DNA of 64,000 nucleotides from a virus (taxonomy: Duplodnaviria > Caudoviricetes), in IMG/VR virus record IMGVR_UViG_3300032038_000044, positions 1 to 64,000 of that record. One strand, 5' to 3'. Positions 1 through 6,096 of this stretch are shown one piece after another. Position 1 is the first letter of the stretch; the number at the start of each line of letters is the position of its first letter. The position numbers and the translations under genes are program-made. Below the pieces are notes generated by a model that saw only the letters and a list, made by a program, of their open reading frames with translations, did not search any database and was not told the origin of the DNA.

Positions 1-41
1 TTCTTGATTTTCTATCCAAAACCACCAAGGCAACAGAACAC

Positions 42-78
42 AAAAAAAGACCTATGAAACATTTAATTTCATAGGTCT
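42..78 (-). terminator. Intrinsic terminator ending the long non-coding transcript
   Basis: Perfect 12-bp hairpin AGACCTATGAAA/TTTCATAGGTCT followed on the minus strand by a T7 run. Confidence 0.85.
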
Positions 79-84
79 GAAAGA

Positions 85-995
85 AAGGTAAAAGCCCTGT
101 TTATTCTTTTACTACCCAACAGAGAGGGTACTGAATGACTTTCTTTATTTGTACCTTGAAAGTTAAAGGCTAAACCATCTAAGAGGAGTCGGACCTCTTC
201 GAGTTACCATAAAGATGGTTATGTAGGCTGAGATTTTTGACCTACATCCTTGACATTCCTTGTCGTTTGAAACAAGTACCACAGTGTTGTTACACTAGTC
301 AAGAGCGTCAATAGTTTTGCGAAAACTATCAAAATCTTACTTGGAGTATTATAACTTTCCGTTCAATATATCCTTCCTTGCGAGATACACAGCTTGCGGG
401 CTGTTAGGGTTACATCTACTTGTAATCATTTACGCTTCACCTTGCGAGTTCCACGCATCAACATATTTCAGTTGAATAAGACGCTTTTCTACTTCCAAGT
501 CCTACACACTTTTGCTTAAATCATCTGTATTTTGTTTATACATTTAATTATTCACTGGCAATTGAATGTGTAAAAAATTTGAAGGCTGAACGATGGGGCA
601 TAGGTTTGACCATCCCTACCTTTTGAGTAAGGCAACTAGTCACCACCATTCTGTACTCCCTTACTATCGTTCGTACTCTCTGTTCACCACCTAGTTTCCA
701 CTTTAAGATGATTTCCGTTGTCAATTAAGCATTTGTTCGGTAGAACTCACACCTAAGAGTAATTAGCAATCTACGCATTTCTGCGACTTACTTTTTCTAG
801 CACCACCTGTGATGATGCCCATCCAATCTGCTCTCTTATCAGTTGACCTTGAGAGGTAGGAAAGGATGTATGCTAATTAGTTTTCCATCGAGCTATCCGA
901 GGAGAACCACGGTCGCCGCACACTACTTTGCCTTTTCGTATGCTTTACCCTTATCACTAAGGCTATTTTTAAAGGACATGAAACCTGCCCTTAGA
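85..995 (-). ncRNA. Large structured ncRNA candidate 2 (~900 nt; ROOL/GOLLD-class-like)
   Basis: No credible ORF; many hairpins with GCAA loops on the minus strand; shares ACAGGTGGTGCT, CTGTGTAT and ACTCCAAGTA with the neighbouring RNA; ends at the terminator. Boundaries approximate. Confidence 0.55.
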
Positions 996-1005
996 CTTTC
1001 AACCG

Positions 1006-1613
1006 AAGTTGTAAGCCTTGATAAAATAAATATATACTCCTTCGAGTTACTTTTATTATCACTACCAAACATTATTACGCTAATAGGAAGATGAATGTGA
1101 GCCAAAAGGAGCTACCTTATGGCTTTTTCACCCTGGTGTTAGACACCCAAGCCTATGCGGGACTGATATACCCGCACCTTTCACAGTTACTTTCACTTGT
1201 TTTTCTTTAATAATAACCTAATTATTAATTCAAGAAATTGGGACTTGTCATTCTGCTACTTGGAGTTCCATAGTTATGTTATACACAGATTTCTCTGTTT
1301 CACGACAAACTAGATTATTGGTTTTTCCTAAAGTTGCACCCCAGCACCACCTGTAGGCTCTTTAGGAGAGGTATCTCTTTCGAGGTACTTTTTATTGTTC
1401 TAGCCATAACCATTCTGCGCTATGCCATGATAATAAAAGTGCTACATCTTAACACTTGGTGCCTAGCCTTGTTACTCTCAGTTTCCATTGAGTAAAAGCA
1501 ATTTTTTTGAAGTATCCTTCTAAAAACAACTTTATTATCTGATGTACCCTACCATAGTTGTTGGACTATGTTTATCAATAGGTTAGATATTTATTTTATC
1601 AAGGTTCACAACT
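1006..1613 (-). ncRNA. Large structured ncRNA candidate 1 (~600 nt; ROOL-like)
   Basis: Starts just after a consensus promoter; 5' and 3' ends form a 28-position helix (1006-1033 with 1586-1613, one G-U, one mismatch); internal GAAA/GGAA hairpins; UUCG hairpin at the 3' end; size and tRNA-island context fit ROOL. Confidence 0.65.
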
Positions 1614-1634
1614 TTCAATTTTTATTACATATTT

Positions 1635-1663
1635 ATTATAACAAAAATTTTTCTGAAAGTCAA
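1635..1663 (-). promoter_or_regulatory. Sigma70/SigA promoter driving the large ncRNA region
   Basis: TTGACT-N17-TATAAT with extended -10 TG. Confidence 0.85.
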
Positions 1664-1672
1664 ATGGGATAG

Positions 1673-1743
1673 TGGCGGGTGTGGGACTTGAACCCACGTC
1701 TACGGGGCATGAACCCGTCAAGGAACCACTCCTCCAACCCGCT
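1673..1743 (-). tRNA. tRNA-Met(CAU), initiator-like
   Basis: Cloverleaf; loop TT-CAT-GC; GGG/CCC anticodon stem; 1:72 mismatch. Confidence 0.85.
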
Positions 1744-1747
1744 ATAG

Positions 1748-1819
1748 TCACCTAAACCAGATTTGCACTGATGTCTGCGCCTTGAGAGGGCGCCATCCTA
1801 ACTACTAGACGATTAGGCG
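1748..1819 (-). tRNA. tRNA-Glu(CUC)
   Basis: Stem GCGCC/GGCGC, loop CT-CTC-AA; atypical T loop TGCAAAT. Confidence 0.8.
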
Positions 1820-1824
1820 ATTCA

Positions 1825-2003
1825 ATTTTTATTTTAGTTTTAACATCAGCAAGGAATTTCAACCCACGAAGTTTGCTCCTTTGTTTTTATAGGTTTATCA
1901 ATCAAACCTCAGAACCGAAAGCTGGAACTTACACAGCAACTTAACTGAAACGGATTTAGTTTTTTGAAGAGGAACTATTCTGTAAAACTCTTAATTACTT
2001 TAC
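1825..2003 (-). ncRNA. Unassigned structured small RNA (family A/B, copy B)
   Basis: Own promoter at 2010-2038; motifs AGTTCCTC, AAATCCG, GCTGTGT, TTCCA, ACAAAGGA in the same order as in 5790-6015. Confidence 0.5.
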
Positions 2004-2052
2004 ATTAATATTATAACAAAAATTTTTCTTAATTTCAAATTTCTGTTAAGAG

Positions 2053-2124
2053 TGACTTGACCGAGAATCGAACTCAGGTTTCCTCAGTGAGAGTGAGGCG
2101 TCTTGACCGCTTGACCACCAAGCC
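2053..2124 (-). tRNA. tRNA-Glu(CUC)
   Basis: Stem CCTCA/TGAGG, loop CT-CTC-AC; T loop TTCGATT. Confidence 0.9.
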
Positions 2125-2271
2125 ATGCTACCTTAACCTCGGTAGTAGAGGGGCATTGTTTTTCTTTGTTATGGGGGTGAAAAGTATAGCCTGACTGATA
2201 TCCCCTACCATTTTAGAATCATTAGCTTATATAGTTTTTTAACTTCTGCTATTTACTATATAAGTTATAAG

Positions 2272-2345
2272 TCGGCGAAGAGGGATTCGAACCCTCAGAA
2301 GCGGGTACCTAAAGCCCGTGCGTCTGCCAGTTGCGCCATTCACCG
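2272..2345 (-). tRNA. tRNA-Leu(UAG) with short variable loop
   Basis: Loop TT-TAG-GT; Leu-type D loop; only 5-nt variable region. Confidence 0.8.
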
Positions 2346-2582
2346 ATTCTGTAAAGACAAAAGATTTCATTCCTTTTCCCAAGTCCTGACCTACTTTTTT
2401 ATCTTGGCTTTTGTTGCGCATCTCAGGAATTTCACTATCTTTGTCCTTCAAAGACTTTTCTACAAAGCGGAAATCTTTTTGAAGCCTTTTCGCGATTACT
2501 TCAAAATTTAACCTTTATCTTTTGTTTTTTCTTTACATTAATATTATAACAAAAATTTTTTTTATTTTCAAATTTGTTTTAC

Positions 2583-2655
2583 TACTCCGCCAGGGAGTCG
2601 AACCCTGATTGATGGATTAGAAATCCATTGTTCTGTTCCATTAAACTAACGGAGT
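2583..2655 (-). tRNA. tRNA-Arg(UCU)
   Basis: Stem ATGGA/TCCAT, loop TT-TCT-AA. Confidence 0.9.
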
Positions 2656-2729
2656 ATATTTTTCTTTTTCTTTCTTTTGTTTATATATAAATTATAACAA
2701 AAATTTTTTAAAATTTCAATTTTTGTTAT

Positions 2730-3089
2730 TTACCACCATAAAGCTCCAAACCATTCTACAAAAAGTTTAAGCCCTTCTTTTTCTTTTAACATATCTTCTT
2801 CATATCTAGTTTTATCAAATTCTCCAGTTGGAAGAAAATATTTATTAGCTACTTCAACAGATTCGATATGTAATTCAAAAGCTTTAATCATCTTATCAAT
2901 GATTTCATCCCATTTTTCAGGAGTATTTGCGTCGCCATGTCCAGGGTATCCATCATTTACCTTTTTGAATAATTTAAGTCTTGGAATAGCGAATTCCGCA
3001 AAAGTACAATCTAAACTCCAAGTATCTTTAATATTCACATAACGACCATTCTTTTTAAGCCATTTCTTTCTTACTCTCTTGTTTGCCAT
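2730..3089 (-). CDS. Hypothetical phage protein (119 aa; start MANKRV)
   Basis: SD AAGGAG before ATG at 3089; the longer ORF-track start overlaps tRNA-Leu. Confidence 0.75.
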   Translation of the reverse strand: MANKRVRKKWLKKNGRYVNIKDTWSLDCTFAEFAIPRLKLFKKVNDGYPGHGDANTPEKWDEIIDKMIKAFELHIESVEVANKYFLPTGEFDKTRYEEDMLKEKEGLKLFVEWFGALWW

Positions 3090-3106
3090 ACCCTTTCTCC
3101 TTAAAG

Positions 3107-3188
3107 TACACCCAGTGGGAGTCGAACCCACAAGCATTACTGCACGGGAGCTTAAATCCCGCGTGTTTTCCAGTTTCACCATGGGTGC
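3107..3188 (-). tRNA. tRNA-Leu(UAA)
   Basis: Loop TT-TAA-GC; long variable arm. Confidence 0.9.
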
Positions 3189-3197
3189 ATATATTAA

Positions 3198-3268
3198 AGC
3201 GGCGGGTGAGAGTCGAACTCACGCTCACGGAGTTGCAGTCCGTTGCCTTACCACTTGGCTACCGCCGC
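3198..3268 (-). tRNA. tRNA-Cys(GCA)
   Basis: Stem ACGGA/TCCGT, loop CT-GCA-AC; U73. Confidence 0.92.
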
Positions 3269-3274
3269 ATTGAG

Positions 3275-3347
3275 CAGGCGATGTGGGACTCGAACCCACA
3301 ACCCTCGGAATCAGAATCCGATGCTCTACCAATTAAGCTAACCGCCA
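3275..3347 (-). tRNA. tRNA-Gln(CUG)
   Basis: Stem TCGGA/TCCGA, loop TT-CTG-AT. Confidence 0.88.
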
Positions 3348-3354
3348 ATAAAAA

Positions 3355-3426
3355 TACTCGCAGTAGGACTCGAACCTACATTAAAGGGTTCGTAGCCCTT
3401 CGTTCTATCCATTGAACTATACGAGC
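3355..3426 (-). tRNA. tRNA-Arg(ACG)
   Basis: Stem AAGGG/CCCTT, loop CT-ACG-AA. Confidence 0.92.
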
Positions 3427-3431
3427 ATAAG

Positions 3432-3513
3432 TAGGCGGGGTGAGACTCGAACTCACGAAGACCGAAGCCAGCGGGTTTACAGCCCGCCGCAATTGCCGCT
3501 ATGCGACCCACCT
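3432..3513 (-). tRNA. tRNA-Tyr(GUA)
   Basis: Loop CT-GTA-AA; long variable arm. Confidence 0.92.
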
Positions 3514-3522
3514 ATGACAGAG

Positions 3523-3594
3523 TGGAGCTGGAGGGAATCGAACCCTCATCACTTGAGTGCAGGTCAAGCATTCTCCCATTAAACCTACAGCCCC
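3523..3594 (-). tRNA. tRNA-Ala(UGC)
   Basis: Loop CC-TGC-AC; G3-U70 identity pair. Confidence 0.92.
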
Positions 3595-3659
3595 ATGGAT
3601 ATAAGGATTTACGCTTGTTAAACCACCTTATATCGTTATTAGCTATTGCCTAGCCAAAG

Positions 3660-3732
3660 CAGCTCCTACCGGACTTGAACCGTGTATCTCAGCCTTGAAA
3701 GGGCTACATCCTTACCTTTAGACGAAGAAGCC
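3660..3732 (-). tRNA. tRNA-Glu(UUC)
   Basis: Loop CT-TTC-AA; cloverleaf with slightly irregular T stem. Confidence 0.85.
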
Positions 3733-3817
3733 ATATAATGAGCTTTAGGTCGCTCAACCACGTATCCAGAGTTCTTTTACCGAACCGAGAGGTCTGTATT
3801 TGTTAATTGAACTCGCG

Positions 3818-3897
3818 CATCTTAGACAGGAATCGAACCTGCAACCTCCCAGATTATTAATCCTAGGGCGTTCTCCCATTCATTGAACTACTAAGAT
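3818..3897 (-). tRNA. Atypical tRNA with extended anticodon arm (AAU anticodon if loop is centred; Ile-like or pseudo)
   Basis: Perfect acceptor ATCTTAG/CTAAGAT, normal D and T arms; 21-nt anticodon arm instead of 17. Confidence 0.6.
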
Positions 3898-3900
3898 GAG

Positions 3901-3971
3901 AGCCCGTGATGGGAATCGAACCCACGTGTACAGCTTGGAAGGCTGTCATTCTACCATTAAACTACACGGAC
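3901..3971 (-). tRNA. tRNA-Gly(UCC)
   Basis: Stem ACAGC/GCTGT, loop CT-TCC-AA. Confidence 0.92.
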
Positions 3972-4121
3972 ATTTGCTATTTGTTCTAAGCATCAAAGAG
4001 CTATTCGAATATCGCCCCCATCGCTAACATGTATTAGCATGTATTTTTTCGAACTTTATCTCATACGCCGCCTCGATAATCCCCTCACATGCGCACAAGA
4101 GTGGCTAATAGCTTAGCCTAG

Positions 4122-4168
4122 AGCTGGAAGAAGGAGTCGAACCTTCAACTTCCCGCTTACAGGGCGGA
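4122..4168 (-). pseudogene. tRNA-Thr(UGU)-like 3' two-thirds without a recognisable 5' acceptor strand or D arm
   Basis: Anticodon arm TCCGC-CCTGTAA-GCGGG, T arm GAAGG-TTCGACT-CCTTC, 3' strand TTCCAGC; no complementary GCTGGAA at the expected position. Confidence 0.5.
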
Positions 4169-4312
4169 CGGGAATCAATCCTTCTTTTACTTGCGCTTCG
4201 CAAAGTGTTTTATTATGTATAAACTACGTCCGAACAGTAGGATGTCAGCCCAAGCAGTTTGTACTCCTTTTGTCCTGGTGGGTCAAACTTTCTTGTAAAA
4301 ATTCATAACCTC

Positions 4313-4384
4313 TGCCTCGCCTGGGAATCGAACCCAACTACCTCAGGCTTCAACCGAGTGTAGTCACCAGACTACTTGAGAGGC
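4313..4384 (-). tRNA. tRNA-Phe(GAA)
   Basis: Loop TT-GAA-GC; cloverleaf. Confidence 0.85.
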
Positions 4385-4452
4385 TGGATAAAGTCAACTT
4401 CTGCTTTATCCTTGCTAAATCGTTCTCTCATATTTTTTCTCCTTGTTGTTAG

Positions 4453-4525
4453 TGGGGTGGAGGAGAGTCGAACTCCCGACACACGGTTTATAAGACCGCT
4501 GCTCTAACCCCTGAGCTACCACCCT
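4453..4525 (-). tRNA. tRNA-Ile(UAU)
   Basis: Stem GCGGT/ACCGT, loop CT-TAT-AA. Confidence 0.88.
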
Positions 4526-4591
4526 AGTGTAAGTAATCTAAGAGTGATATGTGTATTCGTTTCATATGTTTATCTCCTTTTTGTTCATCAG

Positions 4592-4662
4592 CGGGGGCAG
4601 TAGGAATTGAACCTACGTAGCACGGTTAACAGCCGTGTGCCAAGCCACTTGGCGATACCTCC
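4592..4662 (-). tRNA. tRNA-Asn(GUU)
   Basis: Stem CACGG/CCGTG, loop CT-GTT-AA. Confidence 0.9.
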
Positions 4663-4665
4663 AAA

Positions 4666-5032
4666 TTAATTATCTAAATAATGCTCTTCTGCATGACAAT
4701 TAGCACATAACAAATCGCATTTCATAACTTCATTTAAGTATTCCTGCCACGAACGAGTATTTCCGCTTTGAGAAAGACCAAAACTTTTTTCTTCTGGATT
4801 TCTATGATGGAATTGTAAAGCTTCGATACATTTATTATAGCCACATTTCTCACATTTTCCACCTCTTAATTCTATGGCACGTTTTTTCATAGCTCTTCTT
4901 AAAACTATTATTGAAGCGCTTCTTTCTTGCGAGGTAATATAAGAAGGACTACATTCATAACAATATTTTCTTGAATATCCATAGCTTTTTATTTCAAAAG
5001 GCTTATTACAGATTTCGCAATTTTTTTGTCAT
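4666..5032 (-). CDS. HNH endonuclease with N-terminal CxxC/CxxC zinc finger; start is out of frame at an A7 run (5021-5027)
   Basis: CEKCG...LQFHH...LLCANCHAEEH HNH motif; frame stays open upstream through CEIC...CYEC, but the SD/ATG at 5032 is offset by one base. Confidence 0.8.
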
Positions 5033-5107
5033 TATTTATCTCTTTTCTTTATGTATTTATTATATCAAAAATTTTTTAAATTTTCAATTAATAATAGTGG
5101 CTAACTT

Positions 5108-5215
5108 GAGTATAGCAAATCTACATTCAGGGCGTGCGCTGACAAGTCTAGCCTTGACTCAGCTTCCATTTCCTTGCGGGACCGCTCTGGTCGGTGTGAC
5201 CAACTACTTATACTC
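5108..5215 (-). ncRNA. Unassigned ~105-nt multi-stem RNA
   Basis: Closed by GAGTATA/TATACTC; internal TGGTC/GACCA, CC-GCAA-GG and GCTGA-GTC/GAC-TCAGC stems. Confidence 0.45.
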
Positions 5216-5225
5216 TTTTATTTAG

Positions 5226-5786
5226 TCCCCGGTATGGGAATCGAACCCATCTGATTTCTCGCGTGACTTAAATCATAAATTCAGTAAAACCTTTTCAGCT
5301 AAAAAATCACTTGCTTTTCTTTGATTGCTATTTCTAACTTCTTTTAGCCAAAATTTTGTTTCTTGTGTATCAAATACTGGAAAGATATAATACTGACCAT
5401 TATACTCTGTCATAAAATAATCAGTATCTTCTTTTGTATATTTTTGATGCTCGATACGCTGAGATTTTTCAACGTTTCTAACATCATACTTAGTTCTTAC
5501 TACAAAACTTTCACCCCCGTTTTGAGGGGTAGCGTGTTTTACTTGAATACGAGTAAACTTTCCATCCTTCTCAATAACTAAGTCATACTTTTGATAATTT
5601 CCGATTGGTAATAATACATTAAAACCATTTTCAATTAAATATAGTTGACATTTATATTCAGTTATTAATCCGACTTGAGAAGGGTTTAATATTACATCTG
5701 TCATATAAACTCCTTTCTCTGAAAAGATTTTACTACTTACTCTTCAAGACAGGCGAGCGTCCAACGCCATGTAGACCTACCGGAGA
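5226..5786 (-). tRNA. Split tRNA-Asp(GUC): 5' exon ~5748-5786, 3' exon ~5226-5264, 483-nt insert in the anticodon
   Basis: Joined halves give acceptor CTCCGGT/ACCGGGG, anticodon stem CTCGC/GCGAG and the canonical Asp loop CT-GTC-AC; GTC is duplicated at the insert ends. Confidence 0.88.
5273..5704 (-). CDS. PD-(D/E)XK endonuclease (group I intron-associated/I-Ssp6803I-like family) inside tRNA-Asp
   Basis: YDLVIE...RIQVK catalytic pattern; own SD GAAAGGAG. Confidence 0.85.
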   Translation of the reverse strand: MTDVILNPSQVGLITEYKCQLYLIENGFNVLLPIGNYQKYDLVIEKDGKFTRIQVKHATPQNGGESFVVRTKYDVRNVEKSQRIEHQKYTKEDTDYFMTEYNGQYYIFPVFDTQETKFWLKEVRNSNQRKASDFLAEKVLLNL

Positions 5787-5789
5787 TAT

Positions 5790-6015
5790 TAATGGGTAGA
5801 GGTGCACTCTCTACCGTAGTTCCTTTGTCCTCACCTGCCTCTTTCATCAGATGGAAACACACAGCGGATTTTTTATCCTTCATTTATCCTATGTACGATT
5901 CTCAGCATTCTTTGGTCTCTGAGGAACTACACTCTAAAGCCTATTGCCTTAAAGCCTTCATGAAGTAGTCAACTTCATTCCTTATACGTGCGATTGGTTG
6001 ACAAGACCTCGCACA
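5790..6015 (-). ncRNA. Unassigned structured small RNA (family A/B, copy A)
   Basis: Long-range helix GTAGTTCCT/AGGAACTAC, hairpin GGTAGAG/CTCTACC, motifs shared with 1825-2003. Confidence 0.55.
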
Positions 6016-6020
6016 TACAG

Positions 6021-6091
6021 AGCTTCCAGACGGACTCGAACCGCCATACCTTGATTACAGGTCAAGAGTACTACCATTGTACGATGGAAGC
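6021..6091 (-). tRNA. tRNA-Thr(UGU)
   Basis: Stem CTTGA/TCAAG, loop CC-TGT-AA. Confidence 0.92.
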
Positions 6092-6096
6092 ATAAG

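Noticed and set aside
843-1105. ORF-track ORFs 843-1094 (+) and 923-1105 (-)
   Set aside because: No SD, non-protein-like composition, and they overlap the highly structured ncRNA region
2583-2655. Possible amber suppressor (CTA within the loop)
   Set aside because: The 7-nt loop TTTCTAA places UCU (Arg) at positions 34-36
5262-5270. Reading the Asp 3' exon as a UCA (Sec/opal suppressor) anticodon
   Set aside because: Pairing with the 5' exon (CTCGC/GCGAG) fixes the loop as CU-GUC-AC; no Sec-type long arms
5843-5925. Hammerhead core (CUGAUGA) and group I R-like (UCAGAGAC) words in ncRNA copy A
   Set aside because: No stem II plus GAAA for a hammerhead; group I P/Q/R/S elements absent or in the wrong order
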